Positions 51,680 to 62,621 of a stretch of DNA of 64,000 bases are shown here, piece after piece. A model generated the notes under the pieces. That model did no database searches. It saw only the letters and a list, made by a program, of their open reading frames with translations, and was not told the DNA's origin. The translations under genes and the position numbers were made by a program. Positions within the stretch are counted from its first letter, which is position 1; every line of letters starts with the position of its first letter. The stretch covers positions 2,419 to 66,418 of the forward strand of contig JAZNGG010000005.1 of assembly GCA_045576355.1 (NCBI GenBank). Reading direction: 5' to 3'. Origin of the DNA: Bacteroidales bacterium. Lineage in GTDB: Bacteria > Bacteroidota > Bacteroidia > Bacteroidales > UBA3663.

Positions 51680-53803
51680 ATGCTATACATCAAAGAAAAC
51701 GAAATCGTCAGACTTCTCCGTCTCTCGTTGAAACACTGGAAACTATTTGTTCTCTCCTTTATCGGATGTTTTGCCCTTGCCGGCATGTATCTGCTGATCA
51801 AGAACAAGCAGTGGAATGTTACAACCTCTGTGGCCATTTCTGACACCGCCGGAGCCTCGTCAAGCATGGCCGGCATGATGGCAAAAAGTGCCGGATTTGG
51901 AGATCTGCTGGGGATCGGCGGTAGCGTCGTGGACAACGAAATCGTGATCATGAAGTCCCACACGGTACTCTATGAAGCGGTCAAAGAATTAGGGCTCAAC
52001 GTAATGTACACCAACCGCCCGAAACTCAAACGCAAAGTCTATTTTCAAGACAGCCCGCTGGAGTTGATCAGTGACAGCCCAATCATGGGAGACACGCTCA
52101 ACATGGGTCTGACATTCAAGATTAAAGTTAGTGCAGATGGTAAGCGTGCCGAAATCTATGGTAAAACAGCCAAACGTAAAACATTTGTAGATATAGAAGC
52201 CGATCTACCCGCTCATTTCGATACTGATTGGGGTAGCTTCACCCTACGCACAACCGAATTTTATGAGCCGGGTGAAACTATGCGTATGAAGATCATGTAT
52301 GGCAGCTATTCTGCCACAGCTCAGTCTTTGCTCGAAGATCTCGAATACGACCTGATCGACAAAAAAGCCAATGTCATAAGTATCTCTCTCAAAGACATCA
52401 ATCCCACAAAGACAAAAGCGCTCCTCAACACGATAGTCAAGAAGTATGAAACATATAGTTTGCAGGCTAAAAACTATCAGACGGAGTTCACAATGAATTA
52501 TCTGCAACGCCGCATCGACAGCGTAAGTAAAGAACTTACCGATCTCGAATATGCCATCGAAAACTACAAGCAAAACAACAAACTGAGTGACCTCGATGCA
52601 GAGATGGAGGTAACAATCAAGCAAGCGAGTTCGCTGCGCGAGCAACAAGTGGCTGTCGAGACTCAATATGAAATCATATCGCAGTTGGAAGATTACGTCA
52701 AAAATCCGGCCAACAACTACGAACCGATTCCGCTCAATTTAGGTGTTGAAGCAGCAGGTGCCACTTCTGCTCTCTCCGAATACAATACACTAATTCAAGA
52801 ATACAAACACCTCATCCTGACCACCAAAGGGAACAATCCCTCTCTCAATGCCCTCAAACTTCAGATCGATGTGGCACGACAAGGAGTGGTAAGCACCATT
52901 GAGAGCGTAAAACACGGCATTGACTTCACCCGTCGTCAAATCAATGATCAGATTTCAACTTTCGAAAGCAAAGTCAAAAGCATGCCTCGCCAGGAGCGAG
53001 AGTTCATTGACCTTAAACGGCAGCAGGAGATCAAGCAACAGGTATTTGTTATGCTTTTAGCTCAACAAGAGCAGAACATGGTCAACCTTATCGCCGATGC
53101 ACCTAAAGCACAGCTCGTGGACAAGGCATATGTCTATGCTCTTCCTGTAGCACCAAAGCCCAAACTGATTTTGGCCATAGCATTCGTATTTGCCTTGTTC
53201 CTCCCCATCGTTTGGCTGAAATTCACAAGCATGATGCGCAAGACCATCCATGATCCGGAAGAACTCAAATCTATCGAAGGCATCCGCGAGATCCACTGCA
53301 TGACCGGCACAGAGGAAGATATGCGACGCCTCCGCTCAGATATACTCGATCACCTCGAGAGATGCAACGGCAAGATCATCACCTGCTTCTCTATGCAAAA
53401 CGATGAGCAACGAACCGGTACAGCCATGGCAATCGCCGAATCCATCGCGGCAACAGGACATAAGGTAGCTCTGATCAATGCCAACCTGCATCCGGATGCT
53501 GAACGAGAACCTCTGCCCACATCTGATCGCGTCACTGTTATGACACCGGACTTTACTCCCGATATGCTTGAAAGTAAACAATTCCGTAATACAATCGAGC
53601 AACTCAAGCAGACGGAAGACATCATAGTGATAGAGACCGCACCATTTGTCTTCTACCCCGATGCTATCCCGATGCTCAAATATTCGGATCTCCAATTGGT
53701 TATGACGAAGCGCGACGTGACACTCAAAAAGAATCTTCCCTACATCGAGAGCCTCATTGCGATGGGTTATGTCCAAAATCTCATCACCATAATTAATGAA
53801 TAA
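51680..53803 (+). CDS. Wzc/GumC-like polysaccharide co-polymerase with a degenerate kinase domain
   Basis: Two TMs flanking a coiled-coil. The cytoplasmic domain lacks a GK[ST] Walker A motif and a Tyr-rich tail. Confidence 0.85.
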   Translation: MLYIKENEIVRLLRLSLKHWKLFVLSFIGCFALAGMYLLIKNKQWNVTTSVAISDTAGASSSMAGMMAKSAGFGDLLGIGGSVVDNEIVIMKSHTVLYEAVKELGLNVMYTNRPKLKRKVYFQDSPLELISDSPIMGDTLNMGLTFKIKVSADGKRAEIYGKTAKRKTFVDIEADLPAHFDTDWGSFTLRTTEFYEPGETMRMKIMYGSYSATAQSLLEDLEYDLIDKKANVISISLKDINPTKTKALLNTIVKKYETYSLQAKNYQTEFTMNYLQRRIDSVSKELTDLEYAIENYKQNNKLSDLDAEMEVTIKQASSLREQQVAVETQYEIISQLEDYVKNPANNYEPIPLNLGVEAAGATSALSEYNTLIQEYKHLILTTKGNNPSLNALKLQIDVARQGVVSTIESVKHGIDFTRRQINDQISTFESKVKSMPRQEREFIDLKRQQEIKQQVFVMLLAQQEQNMVNLIADAPKAQLVDKAYVYALPVAPKPKLILAIAFVFALFLPIVWLKFTSMMRKTIHDPEELKSIEGIREIHCMTGTEEDMRRLRSDILDHLERCNGKIITCFSMQNDEQRTGTAMAIAESIAATGHKVALINANLHPDAEREPLPTSDRVTVMTPDFTPDMLESKQFRNTIEQLKQTEDIIVIETAPFVFYPDAIPMLKYSDLQLVMTKRDVTLKKNLPYIESLIAMGYVQNLITIINE

Positions 53804-55160
53804 ACTTCTAACGTGGCTGATCAGTCGCTTCACCGGCGGCTCTGCACGCTCTGTACTCCTCAAACGCAATATGCTGTATGCCTTACTGATCAAGGCAGGC
53901 AGCATTTGCTGTACATTGGTCCTTGTGCCTGCCACCATAGATTTTGTCAATCCAACACAATATGCCATCTGGCTCACCATCAGTTCGATCGTGGCATGGA
54001 TGTCTTTCTTTGACATCGGTTTCAGCAACGGACTCCGCAACAAACTCGTCGAAGCACTTGCCCGAGGAGACATCGCTCAAGGCAAATCTTTTGTCAGCAC
54101 CACATACTACATGCTGACATTGATATTCTCCGGAGTGGCTCTGCTCACGATACCGTTGGTCTGGTGTTTCGACATATCTCCTTTGCTTGACATCGACCTC
54201 CATTATGAAGAAGACCTTAAGTGGGCTTTAACCATCGTCATACTCTATTTTTGCATCTCTTTCGTGCTACGCACTTTGAGTTATGTCCTGATGGCAGACC
54301 AACGCAATTCCTATAGTTCTTTTATCGAATTTATCGGTCAGTTTTCTGTGTTGGCTGTAATCTTCTTGATACGCAACGACCTGGAAGGCTCGCTGACCAC
54401 CTTGGCTCTGGCACAATGTATTCCTCCTCTTTTGGTATGGGTAGTGGCAAGTATCTATCACTACACACATCGTTATCGCAACATCTGCCCTGCTCTGCAA
54501 GACGTACATCTCTCTGACACCCGACTATTGATGTCCTTAGGGGTGAAATTCTTTATCATACAGATAGCCACGATCATTCAGTTTCATGCCGCCAATTTCC
54601 TGATAGCCCGTCTCTACAGCATCGAGGAAGTAACCGACTACAACATCGCATATCGTTACTTCAACATCCTTTATATGTGCTTCTTCCTCTTGCTGCAACC
54701 CTTCTGGTCGGCTGTCACAGATGCTTATACTCAAAATGACATTGCATGGATCCGGCGTTCGATCCGCAAATATATGTATATCGCTTTTGGGGCATTGGCA
54801 GGAGGCATCCTGATGCTCCTCTTGTCTCCCTACGTTTATGATCTTTGGATCGGAGATCGTGTACATATAGATTTCACCCTGTCTTTTTGGATGATGTGCT
54901 ACTTCATGGTTATCATCTTCGGAGCTGTTTTCTGCTTCTTTGTCAACGGCATCGGTGCCCTCCGCATACAATATGTGAGCAGCCTCATCTCTCCCATCAT
55001 ATTCATTGCGATGGTATTACTTCTTTCAAAGGTTTATGGAGTCGGGATGCACGCGATATTGATCGCCTCTATCATTGCCAACTACAACGGTCTGATACTC
55101 GCACCACTCCAGTATTACATGGTTATACACCGTAAAAAGAAAGGCATATGGACTATGTAA
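53796..55160 (+). CDS. wzx: Wzx flippase
   Basis: WLTISSIV.W..FFDIGF.NGLRN and PFWSAVTDAY; many TMs. Confidence 0.88.
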   Translation: MNKLLTWLISRFTGGSARSVLLKRNMLYALLIKAGSICCTLVLVPATIDFVNPTQYAIWLTISSIVAWMSFFDIGFSNGLRNKLVEALARGDIAQGKSFVSTTYYMLTLIFSGVALLTIPLVWCFDISPLLDIDLHYEEDLKWALTIVILYFCISFVLRTLSYVLMADQRNSYSSFIEFIGQFSVLAVIFLIRNDLEGSLTTLALAQCIPPLLVWVVASIYHYTHRYRNICPALQDVHLSDTRLLMSLGVKFFIIQIATIIQFHAANFLIARLYSIEEVTDYNIAYRYFNILYMCFFLLLQPFWSAVTDAYTQNDIAWIRRSIRKYMYIAFGALAGGILMLLLSPYVYDLWIGDRVHIDFTLSFWMMCYFMVIIFGAVFCFFVNGIGALRIQYVSSLISPIIFIAMVLLLSKVYGVGMHAILIASIIANYNGLILAPLQYYMVIHRKKKGIWTM

Positions 55161-56413
55161 TTACAAAAGATCGCCAGACACGCCTGCTCACATGGATGTG
55201 GTGGGGCATAGCAGCCTATACGCTGCTCATACTTATTGCCGAATGGGTATATCGACTGGGAGACATTGCCGGTGGTCTGACTAATCGCATCGTTCCGATC
55301 TCTTGTCTTTTGCTTTTGTTCAGCATCCGCTGGAATAATAATAATCACACACGGAGCGGCAAGATCCTGATTTACCTCTTGCTTGCCGTCACACTCTCGA
55401 TGTTTCTCCGGTCCGGCATATACACTTTGGCATGGCAGAGCTACATCAACCCCTACCTGTTTGTCCCTTATATAGCGACATTGCTTCTCTTGATCCCCTC
55501 TGTCCCACTGATACGAAGTTTCTATATTGCCAATAACGGATTTATGTATCTTGGTGTTGTGCTGGTATTTATCCCTATCCTAAGATACACCAACAACGGC
55601 AACATTCAGTTCCTCTTCGAAACACTCATATTAGGGGCCTCCATGGTACTCCTTTGCGGAAAGTATCATAATAAGCGAACGATCATATGGAGTATCGTGT
55701 GCCTCACATTAGGGCTTTTGACCTCCACCATCACCGCTCGCCGCAACTTGATGGTGACCATTGCCCTCTACATGATGATCTGTGGGTTCCAATATCTTTT
55801 CGGATCCAAAATCAAATCTATGGCCACTCGGCTTTGGATCATACTTACTGCATTGGTAGTTTTCATCATCGGAGCATTTATCTTCTTACAGAATCAGAAA
55901 GGGATGTTCAGTACCATCGCCGAACGTGCTACTGAAAACACTCGCGACATTGTCTTGGCTAATTTTGCTCTTGATTTTGCCGAAGAGCCTATCGAAGTCC
56001 TCTATGGTAGAAGTATGGCAGGAACCTACCATTGCTATGGCTCAGTCGGAGATAATGACAATAGTTTCGGTGAGGGAGAACGTCCCAATATTGAGTGTGG
56101 CTATCTTCAGATGATCCTCAAAGGAGGTGTAATCTATATGGTCATCTATCTCATCGTACTGATCTATGCGATGGTACAAGGATTCCGCGCCCGCAACCAG
56201 TTGCTCAAAGCATGTGCCTGGCTGCTTGCCGTACAATTGATAGATATGATTCCCTTCGGACTCCCGGCATTCAACATCAAAACCTTTATGCTTTGGATGG
56301 CCATTGCTCTCTGTTTCGACAAAAATTTAAGACAGAAAAATGACGAAGAGATACAGCAACTGATCTATACTCCTATATACAGTCTGCCCCAATGGAAGAA
56401 AGGCAAAAGCTAA
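55148..56413 (+). CDS. Putative Wzy polymerase / O-antigen ligase-like protein
   Basis: About 11 TMs with a periplasmic loop R..IECGYLQMILKGG. Confidence 0.7.
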   Translation: MDYVITKDRQTRLLTWMWWGIAAYTLLILIAEWVYRLGDIAGGLTNRIVPISCLLLLFSIRWNNNNHTRSGKILIYLLLAVTLSMFLRSGIYTLAWQSYINPYLFVPYIATLLLLIPSVPLIRSFYIANNGFMYLGVVLVFIPILRYTNNGNIQFLFETLILGASMVLLCGKYHNKRTIIWSIVCLTLGLLTSTITARRNLMVTIALYMMICGFQYLFGSKIKSMATRLWIILTALVVFIIGAFIFLQNQKGMFSTIAERATENTRDIVLANFALDFAEEPIEVLYGRSMAGTYHCYGSVGDNDNSFGEGERPNIECGYLQMILKGGVIYMVIYLIVLIYAMVQGFRARNQLLKACAWLLAVQLIDMIPFGLPAFNIKTFMLWMAIALCFDKNLRQKNDEEIQQLIYTPIYSLPQWKKGKS

Positions 56414-56516
56414 AAACAATTGGGCTGTACGCCGGTCATAGCCATCGCCATCAGCCATCGCAAGCGAAGCCCTTCAATCCCTCAACCAACAACCATTTCA
56501 CTTAATACCCCACGTC

Positions 56517-57755
56517 ATGAAGATACTTTGGATAGTTAACGTCATGTTTCCTGAGGCCTGCCAAAAGTTAGGCAAACCCGATCCGGTCGTCGGAGGATGG
56601 CTGATCGGATATTATAATGCGATGCAAGAATACTTTCCCAAAGATTTTCATCTCGACATCGTTTCTCCCTATGACGGAGAGACGACACAATGTATAGAAG
56701 GGAACCATAACCGCCATTATCTTTTCCCTGCCACGATGCAAGGAGAGAAACTCAAAGAGTGGTTTAAAAGTGTGAATGCTGAAGTTCGCCCGGATGTTAT
56801 ACATATACACGGATCTGAATACTATCACGACTTAGCTTGGGTAGAAGCTTGCGGTTCCGCCCACACGGTTGTCTCCATACAAGGATTGGTGAGTATCTGC
56901 GCCCGCTATTATATGGCAGGAATCTCCGATCAGGAGAGACGCAAACATTTCTCCCTCAATGACTGGCGTTTCCATCGAACACTCACAGATGGCCAGCGCC
57001 GCTATGCCGAACGAGGGGTCAGCGAAATGGCTTTACTCAGCCAAATAGAATGTGTGGCAGGCAGAACTTCATGGGATAGAAGTCATGTTTTAACGTTCAA
57101 CCCCAAAGTCCGTTATTTCATCTGTCAGGAAGTGCTCCGAAAACCATTCTATGAAACAGAATGGACACTCTCTTCCTGTCGTCGGCACTCCATCTTTTTA
57201 AGCCAATCTCATTATCCGCTTAAAGGCTTACACAAACTACTGGAAGCACTTCCCTTTGTCCTGCGACACTACCCGGAAACACAGGTCTATATCGTCGGAG
57301 ACAATCCTGCAAACGGCACATGGTATCAGCGATCTACCTTTGGCAATCTTATACATAATCTAATCCGGAAACATCAGCTTGCCGATCATCTGCATTTCCT
57401 CGGCAGACTTACAGCAGAGGAGATGGCAGATCAATATCGTCAAGCCCATCTTTTCGTTTGCCCCTCATCGATCGAAAATAGCAGTAACTCTCTGTGCGAA
57501 GCCCAGATCATCGGGACACCAACCATCGCCAGCTACGTTGGAGGGCTACCCGACCTGATCTGCAACGGAGAAACCGGATTCCTATACAGATTTGAAGAGG
57601 TCGAGATGCTGGCAGAAAAGATCAAGCAAATATTTGCAGATGACGATCTCGCCATACGAATCTCTCAGCAAGGACGAAAAACAGCCCTTAAGAGACACGA
57701 CCGGAAAGAGATTGCACAACAATTGTCAAACATCTATCACTCCATATCATCATGA
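56517..57755 (+). CDS. GT4 glycosyltransferase
   Basis: Motifs PDVIHIHG, KGLHKLLEA and ENSSNSLCEA. Confidence 0.92.
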   Translation: MKILWIVNVMFPEACQKLGKPDPVVGGWLIGYYNAMQEYFPKDFHLDIVSPYDGETTQCIEGNHNRHYLFPATMQGEKLKEWFKSVNAEVRPDVIHIHGSEYYHDLAWVEACGSAHTVVSIQGLVSICARYYMAGISDQERRKHFSLNDWRFHRTLTDGQRRYAERGVSEMALLSQIECVAGRTSWDRSHVLTFNPKVRYFICQEVLRKPFYETEWTLSSCRRHSIFLSQSHYPLKGLHKLLEALPFVLRHYPETQVYIVGDNPANGTWYQRSTFGNLIHNLIRKHQLADHLHFLGRLTAEEMADQYRQAHLFVCPSSIENSSNSLCEAQIIGTPTIASYVGGLPDLICNGETGFLYRFEEVEMLAEKIKQIFADDDLAIRISQQGRKTALKRHDRKEIAQQLSNIYHSISS

Positions 57756-58384
57756 GCAGAAGTTCACGCTTTACGGACGATCCTAAAGGAGTTATAGCCT
57801 TTCATCTCCGTCGTCTCGTCATATCCATACACACCTCCTGGAGCACCTCATTCACGCGACTTAAAGCCTGGTCTCTAGGAGTATCCATAGGACGAGGATT
57901 ATTGTGTCGGGGCATTCCATACTTTGAAAAAGCGCCACACTCTAAAATTAAGCTCGGTGACCAATGCTCCATACTCTCATCTTTCCGTTCTAATCACATT
58001 GGGATCCCTACTCGCTCACGCATCGTCACGATGTCTCCCGATAGTAAAGTGATCATCGGAAACCAAGTCGGGATGTCCGGAGTAACCATAACGGCACATG
58101 AGTCGATTACTATCGATGACAAAGCTCTCATCGGGGCAGGCACACTGATTACAGACAGCGACTGGCATGCCATCGATCCGGAGCTACGACACACTGAAAT
58201 CGGCAAGACTGCACCCGTTCATATCGGACGTAACGTTCTCGTAGGGACTCGATGTATCATCCTCAAGGGTGTAACTATCGGGGCAGACAGTGTCATCGGG
58301 GCAGGTTCCGTCGTCACCCACGACATCCCCGCCGGTGTCATCGCTGCCGGCAATCCATGCCGCGTCATCAAACCGCTGCGATAA
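57752..58384 (+). CDS. Hexapeptide-repeat O-acyltransferase
   Basis: ILKGVTIGADSVIGAGSVVT..AAGNPCRVIK. Confidence 0.92.
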   Translation: MSRSSRFTDDPKGVIAFHLRRLVISIHTSWSTSFTRLKAWSLGVSIGRGLLCRGIPYFEKAPHSKIKLGDQCSILSSFRSNHIGIPTRSRIVTMSPDSKVIIGNQVGMSGVTITAHESITIDDKALIGAGTLITDSDWHAIDPELRHTEIGKTAPVHIGRNVLVGTRCIILKGVTIGADSVIGAGSVVTHDIPAGVIAAGNPCRVIKPLR

Positions 58385-58597
58385 GGGGCGATTTAGAAGT
58401 TTCAACCCTACAGAGGGCTGCGCCCCAACCATAGACTTTAGTCATAGCAGGGTGTAGTCCTTTAACTTTTTTACCATTCAACTATTTATGAATGATCATT
58501 CATTATAACTTCAAATGTCCCGAATGTGGCACTCTCATGACAAAAAATGAAACTGTTTATGATGTATGGTAACATAACGAAAGTCATATATCAGAAT

Positions 58598-58633
58598 AAA
58601 AAGGGCTGACTCCTCATGAAAAGTGTCAGCCCT
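58598..58633 (-). terminator. Terminator after ychF
   Basis: AGGGCTGAC..GTCAGCCCT stem with a T-run on the minus strand. Confidence 0.7.
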
Positions 58634-58662
58634 AATTTATTATTATATAACGCTACAAAAAA

Positions 58663-59766
58663 TCACACATTAAAACGGAAGTGCATAATGTCTCCATCCT
58701 GGACAACATACTCCTTACCCTCTACGCCCAATTTTCCTGCCTCCTTGACAGCCGCTTCAGATCCGTAAAGAAGATAGTCGTCATACTTGATCACCTCTGC
58801 ACGGATAAATCCTTTCTCAAAATCAGTATGGATAATGCCGGCACACTGCGGAGCTTTCATTCCTCGACGGAATGTCCAAGCCTTGACTTCCATCGGACCT
58901 GCAGTGATATAGGTTTGCAGATCGAGCAACTTGTAAGCAGACTGGATCAGACGCGTTACACCACTCTCCTCCAAGCCCAACTCATTGAGGAACATCATTC
59001 GCTCATCGTAGGTTTCCAACTCGGCGATTTCAGACTCTATCTTAACAGCAAGGACAAGAACTTCGGCATTCTCGTTGGCTACAGCCGCCTTGACGGCATC
59101 TACATAAGCATTACCATCTTTAGCACTCGCCTCATCTACGTTACAAACATAAAGAATCGGTTTGGAAGTGAGGAGGAACAACTCTTTGACAGCTTGCTGC
59201 TCTTCGGGAGTCTCAAACTGAACGGTACGAGCAGACTGACCTTGCTCCAATGCTGCCTTGATGGCAAGCATAACACTGTGCTGCACCTTAGCATCTTTGT
59301 CTCCTCCTGCAGCAGCCATTTTAGCCACTTTAGGCAGACGGGTTTCGATGGTCTCAAGGTCTTTGAGTTGCAACTCAGTATCAATGATCCCTTTGTCTCT
59401 GACCGGGTCCACGGTGCCATCCACATGAGTTACATTTTCGTCGTCAAAACACCTCAACACATGGATGATGGCATCCGTCTCTCGGATATTGGCAAGGAAC
59501 TTATTGCCCAAACCTTCTCCCTTAGAAGCACCTTTGACGAGTCCGGCGATATCTACGATCTCGACTGTGGCAGGCACGATGCGACCGGGATGTACGATCT
59601 CCGCCAACTTATTGAGGCGTTCGTCCGGGACGGTTATGACTCCGACGTTAGGCTCAATGGTACAAAAGGGGAAATTGGCTGCTTGAGCTTTAGCACTTGA
59701 AAGGCAATTGAAAAGAGTGGACTTTCCTACATTGGGAAGCCCGACAATACCACATTGTAAAGACAT
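58663..59766 (-). CDS. ychF: Obg-family ATPase YchF
   Basis: Motifs GLPNVGKSTLFN, DIAGLVKGAS and a TGS C-terminus. Confidence 0.98.
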   Translation of the reverse strand: MSLQCGIVGLPNVGKSTLFNCLSSAKAQAANFPFCTIEPNVGVITVPDERLNKLAEIVHPGRIVPATVEIVDIAGLVKGASKGEGLGNKFLANIRETDAIIHVLRCFDDENVTHVDGTVDPVRDKGIIDTELQLKDLETIETRLPKVAKMAAAGGDKDAKVQHSVMLAIKAALEQGQSARTVQFETPEEQQAVKELFLLTSKPILYVCNVDEASAKDGNAYVDAVKAAVANENAEVLVLAVKIESEIAELETYDERMMFLNELGLEESGVTRLIQSAYKLLDLQTYITAGPMEVKAWTFRRGMKAPQCAGIIHTDFEKGFIRAEVIKYDDYLLYGSEAAVKEAGKLGVEGKEYVVQDGDIMHFRFNV

Positions 59767-59789
59767 AACTGAATCTTAAGTTTCTAAAA

Positions 59790-60587
59790 TCAATTGAACG
59801 AACGGATGAATGTCGCGATAGTGAGGGCCAATGATGCTAAAGAGATACCAAATGAGTAAAGAGAAGAAACTTCACGGTTGGTCGCTTTAGTCTTATTCGG
59901 CTCCACATAGAGCACGTCATTCTGATGCAGATAGTAGTAAGGACTGCTCAAAAATTTAGGATCACGCAAGTCAAGGTCATAAGTGTTCACCTTACCATTC
60001 TCCTCACGAATGAGACGCACTTTGTCTCGCTCTCCGTAGATGGTCATATCTCCGGCAAGAGCGATGGCATCAAAGACAGTAACGCGGTCGTTAGTGATAT
60101 TAAATTGTCCGGGACGAAGCACTTCGCCCAAAACAGAGATCTTGTAATTATTAAATGTCACATTGACAATCGGATCCTTAACCAATCCATTGGAAACCAA
60201 AAACTCTGTAATCTCAGCTGCCACCTCGTTTCGGGTTTTACCCTCCACTTTCAGTTTGCCCAAAACCGGATAGTTGATCTCTCCATTGGCATCCACCCAA
60301 AACACCTGAGGTGTACCGGTACCATAGCTGGAGATGGTACTATTGCCGGCGAAGGCTCTTTGATTGAGTTGCATATTAAATGGCGCTGCCACTTCCGGAT
60401 TCTCGCAGTTTACGATGATATTCAATTGATCATCCTTTTTGATCCGCGCACTATATTCCGCTGTCGGTGTTTGTGCCCCTAATTCAGATGCACCTTGTAT
60501 ATACACAATATTTTCGCGTGAATGACAAGCGGTGAGCAATGTTATGGCAAAAATAATGAATAATAAGTTTTTTAAAGCCTTCTTCAT
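59790..60587 (-). CDS. Second Wza/OPX-family polysaccharide export lipoprotein
   Basis: Lipobox LTAC; GEINYPVLGKL and GEVLRPG. ATG at 60587; -7 box TATCTTTG at 60615-60622. Confidence 0.88.
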   Translation of the reverse strand: MKKALKNLLFIIFAITLLTACHSRENIVYIQGASELGAQTPTAEYSARIKKDDQLNIIVNCENPEVAAPFNMQLNQRAFAGNSTISSYGTGTPQVFWVDANGEINYPVLGKLKVEGKTRNEVAAEITEFLVSNGLVKDPIVNVTFNNYKISVLGEVLRPGQFNITNDRVTVFDAIALAGDMTIYGERDKVRLIREENGKVNTYDLDLRDPKFLSSPYYYLHQNDVLYVEPNKTKATNREVSSLYSFGISLASLALTIATFIRSFN

Positions 60588-60784
60588 AACTTTGTTAGTT
60601 GATTTATTTATCGGCAAAGATACTGAAAATATTGATTGAATGGCTATTTAATGCTGTTTTTCCATCTGAAAGTGATCAAAATAAAGACAAAAGAGAGTTT
60701 TTTTGTATAAAAACATCGTTTGCAGTGATAACCTATCGCATTTTTTTGCACCTTTGCAGTAGTTTTATCATGACATTGCACAAT

Positions 60785-62371
60785 ATGCAAAAGAAATATG
60801 ATTTTTTAGTGATTGGATCCGGCATAGCCGGTATGAGTTTTGCCCTCAAGGTAGCTCATCGCGGATCTGTCGCCTTGGTTTGCAAGACCGAACTGGAGGA
60901 AGCCAACACTTTTTATGCTCAAGGAGGAATATCCTCGGTCACTAATCTGCGACTTGACGATTTTGAAAAACACATTCACGACACGATGGTTGCCGGTGAC
61001 TGGCTGAGTGACCCGAAAGCAGTGGATCTGGTGGTGCGCAATGCACCCGAACAGATCAGGCAACTGGTCGAGTGGGGAGTACAATTTGATAAAACCGAAG
61101 AGGGCGAGTTTGACCTGCATCGGGAAGGCGGTCACTCCGAATTTCGTATCCTCCACCATGCAGACAACACCGGAGCTGAAATTCAAACATCTTTGATACG
61201 TGCCGTCCAGGCTCATCCCAACATTGATGTCCTGGATCATCACTTTGCTATCGAGATTCTGACTCAACACCATTTGGGCATCGAAGTGACTCGACGCACT
61301 CCGGACATAGAATGTTATGGAGCGTATATTTTGGACGAAGAGACCGGTAAGATTGACACTTATCTCGCCAAGATTACGATGATGGCAACCGGAGGTTGTG
61401 GAGCGGTTTATTCGACAACAACCAACCCGCCGATTGCTACCGGAGATGGCATAGCGATGGTTTATCGCGCCAAAGGGACTGTCAAGGATATGGAGTTTGT
61501 ACAGTTCCACCCGACAGCATTATATCATCCGGGAGATCATCCCAATTTTCTCATCACAGAGGCAATCCGAGGCTATGGAGGTGTCTTGCGCACGATTGAC
61601 GGCAAGGAGTTTATGCACAAATACGATCCTCGTCTCTCTCTTGCACCACGCGACATCGTGGCACGTGCCATCGACAACGAGATGAAGGTGCGCGGAGAGG
61701 AACATGTCTATCTGGATGTCACTCATAAAGACGCAGAAGAGACCAAACGACACTTCCCCAACATCTATGCCAAGTGCATGACTTATGGCATCGATATCAC
61801 GCGTGATTACATTCCTGTCGTGCCTTGTCATCATTATCTGTGTGGCGGGATCTTGGTGGATCTTAATGGTCAGTCCAGCATCGATCGTCTTTATGCTGCC
61901 GGCGAGTGCTCTTGCACCGGACTACATGGAGGTAATCGTTTAGCATCCAACTCTCTGACCGAAGCGATCGTCTATGCAGATGTCGCAGCTCGTCACAGCA
62001 TGGAGCGTCTGGACAGCCTGGAGTTCCGTACAGATGTGCCCCGATGGAACGATGACGGAACGACTCCACACGAGGAGTTGGTGCTGATCAGTCAGAGCAA
62101 GCTGGAAGTCAATCAGATCATGAGTACCTATGTCGGCATCGTCCGTTCCAATCTCCGTCTGAAGCGTGCCTGGACTCGTCTGGACATTTTATATGAAGAG
62201 ACTGAGAAACTATTTATGCGCTCTAAGGTCAATAAGGAGATCTGCGAGTTGCGCAATATGATCAATGTCGGTTATCTCATCATGCGGCAAGCCATGGAGC
62301 GCAAAGAGAGCAGAGGACTACATTATTCGAGCGATTATCCTCCGGAGAAGAAAGAGATCCAGGGCTTCTGA
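60785..62371 (+). CDS. nadB: L-aspartate oxidase
   Basis: Motifs GSGIAG, AQGGI, EGGHS, QFHPT, GLHGGNRLASNSL and ESRGLHY. Confidence 0.96.
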   Translation: MQKKYDFLVIGSGIAGMSFALKVAHRGSVALVCKTELEEANTFYAQGGISSVTNLRLDDFEKHIHDTMVAGDWLSDPKAVDLVVRNAPEQIRQLVEWGVQFDKTEEGEFDLHREGGHSEFRILHHADNTGAEIQTSLIRAVQAHPNIDVLDHHFAIEILTQHHLGIEVTRRTPDIECYGAYILDEETGKIDTYLAKITMMATGGCGAVYSTTTNPPIATGDGIAMVYRAKGTVKDMEFVQFHPTALYHPGDHPNFLITEAIRGYGGVLRTIDGKEFMHKYDPRLSLAPRDIVARAIDNEMKVRGEEHVYLDVTHKDAEETKRHFPNIYAKCMTYGIDITRDYIPVVPCHHYLCGGILVDLNGQSSIDRLYAAGECSCTGLHGGNRLASNSLTEAIVYADVAARHSMERLDSLEFRTDVPRWNDDGTTPHEELVLISQSKLEVNQIMSTYVGIVRSNLRLKRAWTRLDILYEETEKLFMRSKVNKEICELRNMINVGYLIMRQAMERKESRGLHYSSDYPPEKKEIQGF

Positions 62372-62416
62372 TGAGGCCGGCTATCTGACGGATGAAGAAA
62401 TTTTAGAGCATCTATA

Positions 62417-62465
62417 AAAAACAGCAAGGCGGTGTGTCTCTTTTGACACATCGCCTTGCTGTTTT
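62417..62465 (+). terminator. nadB terminator (long palindrome)
   Basis: AAAACAGCAAGGCGGTGTGTC..GACACATCGCCTTGCTGTTTT. Confidence 0.8.
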
Positions 62466-62491
62466 AACCCCAATGGATGATTAAATTATTA

Positions 62492-62621
62492 TTGGTGTCC
62501 GCTAAAAAATTAAAATCGATAAAGTATGTGTCCGCAGTGCTGATAAATAGGCATTGTGGACACATTTTTCAAAATTAGCCCCTTTTCATACTTCCTTTCC
62601 TTCCTTTTTAGCGGACTCCAA
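62492..62621. mobile_element. MITE-like element
   Basis: 17-bp terminal inverted repeats with 1 mismatch (62492-62508 and 62605-62621) and an internal 15-bp hairpin (62526-62565). Confidence 0.55.
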
